IMG/VR virus record: IMGVR_UViG_3300027852_000006
Location: 1 to 62,460 of that record
Direction: 5' to 3' (one strand)
Length of the DNA: 62,460 nucleotides
From: a virus
Taxonomy: Duplodnaviria; Caudoviricetes
Shown here piece by piece: positions 37,691-48,500 of this stretch. The notes beneath the pieces are model-generated. The model was not told where the DNA came from and searched no databases. It saw only the letters and a program-made list of their open reading frames with translations. Made by a program: the position numbers and the translations under genes. Every line of letters begins with the position of its first letter. Positions within the stretch are counted from its first letter, which is position 1.

Positions 37691-39582
37691 TGCCTGCTGT
37701 AAAACCTATTGTAATACCAGGAATCTTTGGCGGTCTTAATAGCGGTTCTCCCAGAGAACTTATCAGTCCGATTGAATCTCCGTCGATAACAAATTTTATA
37801 GTTAAAGACGGCGTATTACAGAAACGAACAGGTTATACTGATAATTCAGGGGCAATAAGTACTAGCTCTGCTACTCCGAGTGCGACTATCACTGGGACAG
37901 GCAGTGCCAGCCCAACTACAACAGGCACACCGAGTGCTACGACAACAGGTACACCAAGTGCCACTACAACGGGCACGCCGTCTGCTTCATCAGGTCAATC
38001 TGACTCGATTACACAATCAGCTACCCAATCAATTACGCAGTCGGCTACCCAATCTATCACACAGTCGGCAACTTCATCTTTAAGTACAACATCTAGTGCG
38101 ACTCAGTCTATTACCGCTACGGCAAGTGCGACAGGATCGGTATCAGGTTCGGTAGGTGCTACGCTTGCCAAGTTTTTTCATGGTCATCACTATCAGGACG
38201 GCGTATCTGGTGATAAACGGTTCTGGTTATTTGGTGAGGATGTTTTATATAAAGATGGTATAGATGATATGTGGCACTCTGGGGCTGGGACTAATGACTT
38301 TCTAACAAATAGCGCTGAAGATTATTATTTTACTACAACAGAGATTGTCGAGTTAGACGATTATAAAAACTATATGATTGTTAATCAGTCGGATACCAAG
38401 CGTATTGGCGGTACGTTCCGAAAAGTATGTTATTCAAGTAGTCCTACATCACCATTGGTTATACTTGCCGGTGGTGATGGTTATAATGGCACCGGCACTG
38501 ATCATTATTGCAAACGGGTAATAAGTTATGGTGACCATTTGCATTTACTTCATACAAAAGAACATCTTGGCGGTGAATGGCTGGATATGTTCCAACGCCA
38601 CAGATGGAGTAATCTTGCCCATTTTACTGCTACCGCCGATTGGAATGATGTTGCTACAGCGGGAGCAGGATACAAAGACTTGAAAACAGATTTTGGGTCT
38701 ATAATGAATGGCGAAGTTTTAGTAGATACTCTTTATGATTATCTGGAAGGTGCCATTTATGCGTGTTATAGAACTGGAAGTAGCACTGATCCATTTCATT
38801 TTGAGCCAATGCTGGCTGGATTAGGATTATATTCGCCTCGTCTTTTAGCAAGTAATGGCGAGTCTCATTTTTTCGTTGGTAGCGATCATAATATATATCA
38901 GTATTATGGTGGTAGGAATAAAGTGCCAATTGGCGATAAGATAAAAACTGAATTTTTCGACAATATCAATAATACTCAAAGTAGTGGTTATGCTAGAGCG
39001 GATCGGTCATGGGCTTTTGTTTTGCGTGATATTGAAGCTGTGATATTTGCCATACCAACTGGTAGTGGTAATACTGATCCAACATTGTTTTATGTTTATT
39101 TTTGGCGTGATGGTCGTTGGGATAAATGGGACTACATTGATACTATTTGTGGAATGGGTAATTATGAACGACCATCAGCAATGAGTGTAAACGATTTGCC
39201 GATATTTTCTGATAGCAATGGTTGTATTTATCAATACGATTATTCGTCAACCGATGATGACGGTATAGCTATAGACGCGACAGTAGAGACTAAAGATTTT
39301 GTAATTGATTTGAAAAATGAATATCGGGATATGAATGTTTGGTTTGAGGCTAGTGGCGATGGAGCATCTTCGTCAGTTGACGTGTCGGTTAGTGTTGATT
39401 CTGGAAATACTTTCAGCACTGCTGTTACTAAGACAATAACGAGTACTTGGGATTTGTATAAAGCGAATTTCAATGTTTCTGGTTATGTGATGCGATTCAA
39501 ATTCCGTAATAATACAGTAGGGAAAAAATTGTTGTTGGGTAGAATAAGATCGGAACTCGTGAAAAGCAACGAAAAGGGTTAG
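37690..39582 (+). CDS. Tail nozzle / packaged-DNA stabilisation protein with mucin-like Ser/Thr insert
   Basis: FGGLN...LQKRTGY N-terminus, RWSN, propeller-like body; ~100-aa S/T tract at about 37858-38152. Confidence 0.7.
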   Translation: MPAVKPIVIPGIFGGLNSGSPRELISPIESPSITNFIVKDGVLQKRTGYTDNSGAISTSSATPSATITGTGSASPTTTGTPSATTTGTPSATTTGTPSASSGQSDSITQSATQSITQSATQSITQSATSSLSTTSSATQSITATASATGSVSGSVGATLAKFFHGHHYQDGVSGDKRFWLFGEDVLYKDGIDDMWHSGAGTNDFLTNSAEDYYFTTTEIVELDDYKNYMIVNQSDTKRIGGTFRKVCYSSSPTSPLVILAGGDGYNGTGTDHYCKRVISYGDHLHLLHTKEHLGGEWLDMFQRHRWSNLAHFTATADWNDVATAGAGYKDLKTDFGSIMNGEVLVDTLYDYLEGAIYACYRTGSSTDPFHFEPMLAGLGLYSPRLLASNGESHFFVGSDHNIYQYYGGRNKVPIGDKIKTEFFDNINNTQSSGYARADRSWAFVLRDIEAVIFAIPTGSGNTDPTLFYVYFWRDGRWDKWDYIDTICGMGNYERPSAMSVNDLPIFSDSNGCIYQYDYSSTDDDGIAIDATVETKDFVIDLKNEYRDMNVWFEASGDGASSSVDVSVSVDSGNTFSTAVTKTITSTWDLYKANFNVSGYVMRFKFRNNTVGKKLLLGRIRSELVKSNEKG

Positions 39583-39585
39583 GTC

Positions 39586-41799
39586 ATGGCAAATACATCA
39601 GTGCTTGGTTACAGCGGATTGGACATGTTGCCTCCAATGCCGCAAGCCGGTGCGAATCAGCAAGAGACTATAGACAACTTGCTTGATTTTTGTCAGAAGA
39701 TGCTTTTGGCCAATAGTGATTTACTGGCCAGATTGCATACACAGGCCAATATTGGTTTTTTGTCTTATACTGACGGGACGAATACTGAATACTCTAAAGA
39801 CGATTCAGCTTTGGACTTGTCGTCTCTTGCGGCAACTATTGATTTTGATTTGCCATTAACGGAAGGCATTACATGGTCGGTAGATAATGGTGTTCCAAAA
39901 TGGACATCTGGGACAGTAAGTTATGGTGGAACTAATTATACAATAACCGCATGGCAAAGCGGTAATACAACAAATAGTACAAGAGGGATATATTGGGACT
40001 TATCCAGTCCGACTGTCTTAAGTGGTAGTGATTTGCCAACATCTGCGTCCAATCGTTGGTATTTGGCGTTTTTTGATGGGACTGAAATTTATTCGGCAAT
40101 GCAAAGTACCATTATTCACGGTGGTCTGATTCAAGGTAGCACGATTACAGCAAACAAGATAATACTGTCAGAGATCAATACATCAGATATTACTAATGAT
40201 TCTAATTGGGATGATACCAATACAGTACTTAATAATACGACAATTACCGGTGGAAAGATTGATATAGATACATTGTATCAAAATACATCTACCGGAACTT
40301 ACAATTTGGTAAAGAGAGCATCGCTGACATCAACAGGGCTAGTCGTATGGTCACAGATAGATGACGATGATCTCAAAAAACCTGACGATAATGCTGATGT
40401 TACTGGCGATAATGTAGCTGCCTCTATAGTTGGTCAACAAGCTCTAGCAACTGCTACACATGCTGCGTGGGCAACACAACTATCAGGCATACCAAGTTAT
40501 CTTGGTACTGCTGCTGGCGGTATACCTGCCGGTCATTCAGGAGTAATTATAACAGCCGCTGCTCTAGGTTATTATGATACAGGTGTCTTAAAATCATATA
40601 TAGATAATACTGGTGTTTGTTATTTTGGAGATGGTACTGACCCTGCTACTGATTCAGGTAATTATCTTTATTTTAATCCATCAACAAATAAAATCAAGAT
40701 ACGGGCCGAGTATGGTTATCTGGGCTCAGCGGACACGTATCTAAACATTGACTCTGGAAAATTGGTGCTTAAAGGTTCTAGTTGGAAACTAACTGGTGAT
40801 GACGATTTAGGGATTAGAATAGACCCGTATAACGCTATCAATGCTATAACCGTGATTGATGCGGCCGGAATAGATTGTTATGTAAAGTCAGTTAATACAT
40901 ATAATGGAATATATATAAGGGCTACATCAGATATCTACGCCCAACTGACGGCAACATATTATGGAGCCGGTGCACCAGCTATAAACCCACAGTTTATGGT
41001 GAGGGACAGAAATAGCTACGGATCGTCGACTAAGTACATTCAGTATGAAACATCTGGGACCAGCACAACGTTCAACATAAAAGGCCCAAGCGTATCTTAT
41101 GCTGACTTGTCAAGCTCTACAATTGCTAAAACATGCACAGCAACAAGCAGTTTTACTACCATAGCTTCAGGTGGTAGCGTGTATGGAAGTAACATTGTCG
41201 AAACATACGGAGCATCCTCAGAGTACTCCTACATGATGCTGCGTAAGTCAAAGTCGAACACAGATGGAACAGTGGCTGCTACATCATCTGGTGATAATTT
41301 AGGGTCTGTTCGTATACATGGTGCAAACTCTGCTGGTACACCTGCATTTGCTTATGGTGGTTATATTCGCGTTATGCAAGAGGGCGCTGCCACTACTACG
41401 TACTGCCCTAGCAGGATGGAGTTTACTGTAGCTGACGCTGCTGGTACTGGTTTAGAAACCATGACATTTGATAGCAATGGTGACTTGGATGTACCTGGTG
41501 ATATAGTAGTTGATGGTGATACATCAGACTTGATTAAAAATGCTTGGTTTAAAGGTAATACCTATACTGGTGATGGCAATGCTACTCAATCTATAACACA
41601 CGGTTTAGGTAGAACACCTAAATTTGTAATTGTTGGCAGTCACGTACATATTAGTAGGAATACACAGACATGGTCAATAGGTGGTGGAAGCTCAAAAATA
41701 ACAAGTGTTGGTGGTACCACATTCACAGTTAATGACAGTGCAGCTAATTATCACGCATTAAATACTAATACTGTGGGTTACTATTGGGTATGTTTCTAA
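39586..41799 (+). CDS. Tail fibre / receptor-binding protein
   Basis: TITANKI, KPDDNADVT, C-terminal TYTGDG..QSITHGLGRTPKFVIV. Confidence 0.7.
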   Translation: MANTSVLGYSGLDMLPPMPQAGANQQETIDNLLDFCQKMLLANSDLLARLHTQANIGFLSYTDGTNTEYSKDDSALDLSSLAATIDFDLPLTEGITWSVDNGVPKWTSGTVSYGGTNYTITAWQSGNTTNSTRGIYWDLSSPTVLSGSDLPTSASNRWYLAFFDGTEIYSAMQSTIIHGGLIQGSTITANKIILSEINTSDITNDSNWDDTNTVLNNTTITGGKIDIDTLYQNTSTGTYNLVKRASLTSTGLVVWSQIDDDDLKKPDDNADVTGDNVAASIVGQQALATATHAAWATQLSGIPSYLGTAAGGIPAGHSGVIITAAALGYYDTGVLKSYIDNTGVCYFGDGTDPATDSGNYLYFNPSTNKIKIRAEYGYLGSADTYLNIDSGKLVLKGSSWKLTGDDDLGIRIDPYNAINAITVIDAAGIDCYVKSVNTYNGIYIRATSDIYAQLTATYYGAGAPAINPQFMVRDRNSYGSSTKYIQYETSGTSTTFNIKGPSVSYADLSSSTIAKTCTATSSFTTIASGGSVYGSNIVETYGASSEYSYMMLRKSKSNTDGTVAATSSGDNLGSVRIHGANSAGTPAFAYGGYIRVMQEGAATTTYCPSRMEFTVADAAGTGLETMTFDSNGDLDVPGDIVVDGDTSDLIKNAWFKGNTYTGDGNATQSITHGLGRTPKFVIVGSHVHISRNTQTWSIGGGSSKITSVGGTTFTVNDSAANYHALNTNTVGYYWVCF

Positions 41800-42123
41800 A
41801 TGAAGTTTAGTTGTCAAAGATGTGGAAGTTGTTGTAAGTTAGCTTTCGTTAAGGTATTGGCTGAGCCTGAATTGGCTGATGTGTTTATATGTCGAGAGGA
41901 CGGCAGTTGCGGTCATCTTAAAAAAAATAAAGAAGGTGTATATTATTGTGATATATACCAAACTCGGCCTAATTCTTGTAGATCAGATTGGGTAGTTAAA
42001 AACTTAGGCCCATCTTTGAGTATGAAAACTGAAGATTATGATTCTATCGCGCCAAGGATATGCAGAGCCTTGAGGGCTTTTTTGCGAGGTGAAAATTATG
42101 AATATATTGATCAGTACCATTGA
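41800..42123 (+). CDS. YkgJ/FliB-family CxxCxxCC cluster protein
   Basis: CQRCGSCC...CGHL...CDIYQTRPNSCR. Confidence 0.8.
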   Translation: MKFSCQRCGSCCKLAFVKVLAEPELADVFICREDGSCGHLKKNKEGVYYCDIYQTRPNSCRSDWVVKNLGPSLSMKTEDYDSIAPRICRALRAFLRGENYEYIDQYH

Positions 42124-44416
42124 CACCAATGGCAGCCTTTTTAGGATAGAAAAAAGCCCAATTGCAATGGGGCGTATCTTTCTTACAAAAGGACCTACGA
42201 ATAAAGGACGTAACCAACGGTGGGAGCCTATATCTACGGGGCTTGCTGCGGCTGGTGCTGCGGCTGGTACTGGTGCTGCTGCTGGTAGTTCGTTAGGGTC
42301 ATATATACTTGGCGGTTCTGCTATTATGGGCGGGTCCCAGTTGGCAGGTGGATTACTTGGCGGTGGAACCAAAAGCCCAAAAGCTAAAACCACATTTAGC
42401 CCACAGCAAAAACAAATGAATCAATTGATTTTTGATTTCTTGATGGGTATAGAACGGGACGCAAAAGGCAGGGAAATCAGTCGCAACCCTTTGTTGACTC
42501 AAATGAAAGATCGACCGGTTCCTAAAATGCGGAAAGCACCATTGACTGGTAGCCAAAAACAAGGACTTAATCTAGCTCAAGGCATGATGGGTAAAATAGG
42601 GGCCAGCAGGCCAGATACCAGTTATACAAGTCAGTTGAAAAAGGGGATATTGCCTACTGATCCCAGATTTAAGGGCAATACCAGGTTTTTGAAAGATGGT
42701 GGCAAAATTAAACCTGGGGAATCAGCTATTGTTGGCGAAGCTGGACTCCCAGAAAAGATAATAGCTTTACCCAAAGGCGGGGTAGAGGTTATACCAAACC
42801 CTAAAACTTTTTCCAGTAGAAAAACCTTGTCTGATGCCATAAGTAAATCTAAAAAAGCTGAACGAAAATTTAGATTGCCTGCCAAAGCATTAGGAACATT
42901 AACACCAAAACGTCAATATGGTGATTATTTCTTGGATTATGATGCCAATATAAGTGATGCTAATTATTGGGATTATGATAAACCGTATACTACTGATACT
43001 AAAAAAGGTTTTGAAGATTGGTTAGGAGAAAACAGAGGCGATGAACTTTGGTATAAACGATTGATGGGCACGGACAGAAACAATCCTCTTTTCCAGACGT
43101 GGGGGCGTACTAGAGATACATTTAAGCCCGGTGATATTTCCAGTATTCCTACCAGAAGGGGCGTTAATAGTGTGCCGTATGCTCCGGGGTCGCCTACCGG
43201 TCAAGTGCATGAAGGTTATTCTGGTGCTTTACAAGAATGGTGGAAACAACTGCCACAGGTTTCTGGTAACACATCTTTGGATACTCTTTTGGGTACTATA
43301 CCGGATGATCAGCGATCTGATTTTGGTGATTGGCTGACAAATTATGGCCAAAAATATGGGCCAGACGCAGCAACCAATCAGTATGGATTGCGAGAAGGTC
43401 AATACAGTTTTGAGGACCCTTATAATGTAGATTTGGCTAGTTTAGGCTTGGGAATCAATAAATATATGACTGACCAAGGTTATGAGCAAGCAGATGGGCA
43501 ATGGGCGGCTCCTAATGCTGTCGAAGAAACACCGATGGATTGGAGCGGCTTATTGGGCCAATTGACCCCAGATCAATATAGCAACTTCAATAAGTACTTG
43601 GAAAATTATCAGGGTGGGGCTTTGGCCGATCAAGGTCTTGTATGGAATCCTGAAACTGGCAAAGCTGAATTTGTAGCACCAGATAATTATTATGTTGGTA
43701 TGGGGCAAGCGGTATCTGACTTCTTAGGCCAGCCGCCAGCAGACCCTAACGCTATAGCTGGACAGCCTACGCCGACTACACCAACTGATACATCTGGTCA
43801 AATTATCAATAATTTAACGCCACTCATTACTGGTCTGGCAACGTCGAAATTTGACCCAACTAAATACCAAGAGCAATTTCAAGCGGGGGTTGCTGATCCT
43901 GCTTATAAACGATTTGAAGAATCTACTCGACCAGCCATTAGGGAGACTTTTGGTGGGGGAAATTTATTTGGTTCAGCTAGAGAGAAAGCTGAATTGAAAG
44001 GTCAGAGCGATCTTGATTCAGCATTAGCGGCTAAGCAAGCTGAATATATGGTGGGTGCCGAGGAAGGTTTTGAGAACAGGCGAAGTACAGCGATAAACCA
44101 GGCAATGAATCTAGCTAAATTGCCGTCTGATATTGCTGGCCAAACAGCATCTACTGATTATAAAAAGGCCGCTGCTGCTGGAATGTTCCATGATATGGAA
44201 CTCCAGGAAGCGGTTGTAAATTCAAATCTTGATAATCAAGACATCGTGATGTTGCAAAGTTTAATGAGTATTTATCAGATAGAACAAAATCAAATAGATA
44301 GCGAGTTCAAGACTTCATTTATCAATGCGATGCAAGGTCCGTATGGGTTTGATTGGAATACAATCATGTCTCTTTTGAGTGGATATCAGGGGCAGTCCCA
44401 GATTGCTTATACATAA
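42089..44416 (+). CDS. Internal virion / DNA ejection protein
   Basis: Gly/Ala hydrophobic N-segment; DGG.I..G...IVGEAG.PE motif; helical C-terminus; position. Confidence 0.6.
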   Translation: MKIMNILISTIDTNGSLFRIEKSPIAMGRIFLTKGPTNKGRNQRWEPISTGLAAAGAAAGTGAAAGSSLGSYILGGSAIMGGSQLAGGLLGGGTKSPKAKTTFSPQQKQMNQLIFDFLMGIERDAKGREISRNPLLTQMKDRPVPKMRKAPLTGSQKQGLNLAQGMMGKIGASRPDTSYTSQLKKGILPTDPRFKGNTRFLKDGGKIKPGESAIVGEAGLPEKIIALPKGGVEVIPNPKTFSSRKTLSDAISKSKKAERKFRLPAKALGTLTPKRQYGDYFLDYDANISDANYWDYDKPYTTDTKKGFEDWLGENRGDELWYKRLMGTDRNNPLFQTWGRTRDTFKPGDISSIPTRRGVNSVPYAPGSPTGQVHEGYSGALQEWWKQLPQVSGNTSLDTLLGTIPDDQRSDFGDWLTNYGQKYGPDAATNQYGLREGQYSFEDPYNVDLASLGLGINKYMTDQGYEQADGQWAAPNAVEETPMDWSGLLGQLTPDQYSNFNKYLENYQGGALADQGLVWNPETGKAEFVAPDNYYVGMGQAVSDFLGQPPADPNAIAGQPTPTTPTDTSGQIINNLTPLITGLATSKFDPTKYQEQFQAGVADPAYKRFEESTRPAIRETFGGGNLFGSAREKAELKGQSDLDSALAAKQAEYMVGAEEGFENRRSTAINQAMNLAKLPSDIAGQTASTDYKKAAAAGMFHDMELQEAVVNSNLDNQDIVMLQSLMSIYQIEQNQIDSEFKTSFINAMQGPYGFDWNTIMSLLSGYQGQSQIAYT

Positions 44417-44428
44417 GGAAGTATTAAG

Positions 44429-45589
44429 ATGCCGTCAATACAATATATGCCAAGACGACCAGATGCCAGACGGGAATCATTAGCCCGTGGTATTACGGGG
44501 ATGGGGCAAGCCATGGGACAAGGGCTAAAAGATTTTGGTATGATTAAAAATCAGGAAAATCTTAGATTAGACAGACAGCAATATATAGAAGATAAGAACT
44601 TTGAACGGTTTGCTTCTATGTATAGCAAATCTACCGATCCCTTACAGCGTAAAAGTCTTGAAAGTATGGGCCAGTCGTTTGGATACGATAAGCGTTTCCC
44701 TGAAAAGTGGAAAATAATTACTAATCCTGACATTAACTTTGGTCCAACTATGCCTGAGAAGGTTGAGAAAGAGCTTGAAAGGTTTAGTGGGTGGCCTGAC
44801 GACTATGAAGGTGACAAGGGCCAAGATATTGTTAATTATACTAGCAGGGTTCTTGACCGTTTAGGGCAAAGTGCGGTGGATGAAATAGGACATCAATTTC
44901 CAGCGGGGTATCCTGAATATGCCGAAAATATAAGAACTGCCGTAGATAATTGGAGAAAGAAGAATCCAGCAACAGCGGATACACCTGCAACAGCGGAATC
45001 TGTTTCTACGCCAGCGAGTGTATTGAGTCAAGGCATGACAGCAAGAAAAGACCCTAATCAACCTTCGTCATTGCAAGAATTAGCTACACTTGCAATGCGG
45101 CCTGAGCCGACAACAGAGACAACCGCTCCGAACAGATTATCTGGTGTAGAAGATTTAACGACTCCTTCCGAATGGTCTGGCATAAATGCTCCGCTACCTG
45201 ATCCATCTAGTGTTTTGCCTCCTGGTTCTATGTCTGGTATGGGTTCATTTCAGAATCTGCCGCCAATACCGGAGTCACCGGCAAGGGACCCAAATCAGCC
45301 GATTACACCGCCATCTACACTACAGGAACTAGCCGTAGCTTCCATGCAGCCAGCGACAGCGAATAATATGGACCAAGGAATGGCTACGACTCAACAAACG
45401 CCTGCGACTATTCCGGCCGATGTCCAAGAATGGCTGGATTATCTTGGGAAAACATCACCAGATATAATGAAGTTAGCTATGAAGTCAAGAAAGACTACAG
45501 GTAGAGATTGGAATGAGATATTTCAGGCAATTCAGGAAAGTGGTATTTTCAATAATAGTAAATGGGGACAGAACCGAGGGGCAAGATAA
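44429..45589 (+). CDS. Internal virion / DNA ejection protein
   Basis: Position; internal duplication RxDPNQP..SxLQELA. Confidence 0.55.
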   Translation: MPSIQYMPRRPDARRESLARGITGMGQAMGQGLKDFGMIKNQENLRLDRQQYIEDKNFERFASMYSKSTDPLQRKSLESMGQSFGYDKRFPEKWKIITNPDINFGPTMPEKVEKELERFSGWPDDYEGDKGQDIVNYTSRVLDRLGQSAVDEIGHQFPAGYPEYAENIRTAVDNWRKKNPATADTPATAESVSTPASVLSQGMTARKDPNQPSSLQELATLAMRPEPTTETTAPNRLSGVEDLTTPSEWSGINAPLPDPSSVLPPGSMSGMGSFQNLPPIPESPARDPNQPITPPSTLQELAVASMQPATANNMDQGMATTQQTPATIPADVQEWLDYLGKTSPDIMKLAMKSRKTTGRDWNEIFQAIQESGIFNNSKWGQNRGAR

Positions 45590-45595
45590 ATATAA

Positions 45596-48500
45596 ATGGC
45601 AACTGTATTAGAACAACTTGAGCAAAGATTACTAACTCCCAAGCCAGAACCGATAGTAACACATGATCCCGCTGTTATTAAATCGCTTGAAACTGGGTTA
45701 GCGGATTCTCCACCGCCACAAACGGACCCATTTGTGGTAAAGACCCTTGAGGATAAACTTCTGTCTCAGCCACATTCTAGCGTATCAACTGGTGCATCGA
45801 CTGGCGTGTCGCCTGGTCAGTCTCCATATAAGAGCCCTGTATTTGCAAAAGAAAGCGGTTTGCCTAAAGTGTCAACTGGGCTGGAGGGTGGACTGAGCAA
45901 TAAGCCAGTTTATGATGATTTTGGCTATGGTGTCGGTGGCTCGTGGGACGAACCGGACCCGCATACGACTCGCATGACTGGTATGAAGGACGCTTATGTT
46001 GAAGAAATACTAAAAATGTCACCCAATAAACGTCGGGCGTGGATGGGTGCTCATGCTAACGATGAGTTTTTTGGCCTTAATGAATGGATGAGCCGAAAAA
46101 ACATTCACCCTACTGAATGGTTGCAATACTTGTTTGATGGCGTGGACGTAAGAGGCTTTAACGCTGCCGAAAAAGCTGCGATAGAAAAAGTGGTCTCTGA
46201 ATCGCCTCTAAAAGAAAAGGTTATTCAAGGGGCTGCGTCTGTTCCCCGTCTGGCTGTTGAGTTTGGTGCGACAGGTATGGGGTTGGGTGCGTTAGCAAAA
46301 ACGGCTGGTCTTGGGAGCAAGATATCGGGTTCTGCTCCGCTTGTAGACAGGGCTCTATCGAGTGCTGGCAAGGCGGCGGCTGTATTCGGGGCCCACGAGG
46401 GTATGCAGGCTCCGAGGAAAGACGAGACGATACCTGGTAGGGTTGCCAGTACTGTTGGTGCCGCTGGCACTGGGGTTATGCTGGGAGCTCTTGGAGCGGC
46501 TGTTCCATCCACAGCAATTAGGGCCCCGGCGGTTATTGCTGGTTTCGGCGGAAAAACCTATATGGAGACCGGCGGAGACGTAGACGCTACTATTGAGGCG
46601 ATGGTTCAGATAGCGGCTTTTGAGGCACTTGGATTAAGCAAGCAAGCTGCCAGATACGGAAAAAGCCGATATGAGTCCTACCGGGCAGGCGATAAACTGG
46701 CTGTAGCCGAAGCCGTCAAGCGAACATCCGCTGATCTGTTCAGAATGAGATCGAAAGCACTCGAAGAACTAGGGTTAGGGCCAGAGGCCACATCTGAACA
46801 GATTAGACAAGCCAAGCGCCAAGCTGGAATGAAACTCCACCCGGACATCGCTGGTAAACAGGCTGAACCGGCTTTTAAGCAGAAAATCGCCGCTGCGGAG
46901 TTTTTGGAGGGTAAGCGAGGTCAGTTTGTCCCAGAAACCGCGAAAATTCGCCCGTTTCCTGCCCAAGGCTTAACGAAAACAAAAAAAACGACTCCAAGTA
47001 CGTCTTTAGCAACAAAGTCCACTACAGAGCAAGCTAGGGCCCCTGAAGCGAAAACCGTGTTTTCCAGGATGCCAGACGACATATTAAAGCAGCAAGCAGA
47101 TCATGGAGTGCTAGGGGCCCAAAAAGAGCAGGTTTTGCGACAGTCAGGCCCCAAGGCAGTAGAATCACAAAAGAAGCCAGGTAAACCGCCCAAACCATCT
47201 TTTAAGCAAAAAATTGAACCAGAACAGACTACTGTGCAGGAACCCGCCTCCCAAGTGGCCCCGACACGGCAGCCAGGACCGCAGGAACCAATGGAACCGG
47301 TCGGGGAAAAGGCGGGGACGAAAGAACTTGCTAAGGCAGAAAAAACCCAAATAGCTAAAGAAGCAAATCTGAAACAGAAAGATATTTCCCCCGCAAAAGA
47401 AAAACAACAGTTGGCTGAAAAAACTGGCGAAACTATCAAGCCAGAGGTTGTTACGCCAGACGCAAAAGAGATAGTGCCAATTAAAACGCACAGGGTTACT
47501 ATTGAAGGCACTACCCAAATTGCGAAAAAATTGTTTGTTCGCAAGCAATTACAAAATATAATCAAGACGTTACCTGAAAAAACTACTACAGAACATCAGA
47601 ATTTGCTTAATGAATTAGCTAAACGGGATGTAAGAAGGGCATGGGTAGAAACAGGAGATGAAAAAGACAAAATCAAAAAACTTACAGCCCTACTCCGGTC
47701 GCATTCTGTAAAGGTCGAATTTGACAATGACACAACTCTTTGGATACCAAATAGCCGAGATGTTATTGACCGTGATCCAAAATGGATAAATAAGTCTGTT
47801 GGCGCAGTTATAGCAACCTCAGCTAAACCTAGAAAAAAGATTACTTTACCTGTTGCACGTAAAAAAACTAAGATTAGTTCTCCGCAATTGAAAGCTGGCA
47901 AAGATTATGTAAAACTTGTTCACATTGCCGCTGCTAGTAAAGTAACCGAGAAAGGACAATCGTTAAGCGGGGTAAAAGCTACTGAAGATGAGATTGTGGC
48001 TACTGATGGCCGCATATTGTTTACTATAAAACGCGAAGGAGCATTTAAGGATGTTGCCCAAGTCTATAAAGATAATAAAGGTATGTTTTTAGGCAAAGAT
48101 GGAAAGCCAATTACTAATGAAAACTTATCATTTCCTACGCATGAAAAAGTCATACCTGAAGATAATTTAATAACCACTGAAACTGATTTGCAGCAATTAT
48201 TTAGAAACATTAAAAAGGCTAGTCTGTTTGCTGGCAAAGCAAAAGACCCCGAAAAAGAAGGTGTTCATGCTTACTTGAATCCAGATAAAACATTAGGTTT
48301 TACCTGCCTTGAACCATCAACAACGTCCAAAGTCAATGTTCAAGACGGAGCTAGTTACGTTGCATCTATGAATCCCCATAATTTAATGAGGTTGATAACG
48401 GCCCATATTAAGGTTGGTAGCAAAAAACTAAAAATACATATAAAAGAAGGCGAGAATAATTTTGGTGTATTAAAACTTGTTGGGGAAAAAGGGGACACAA

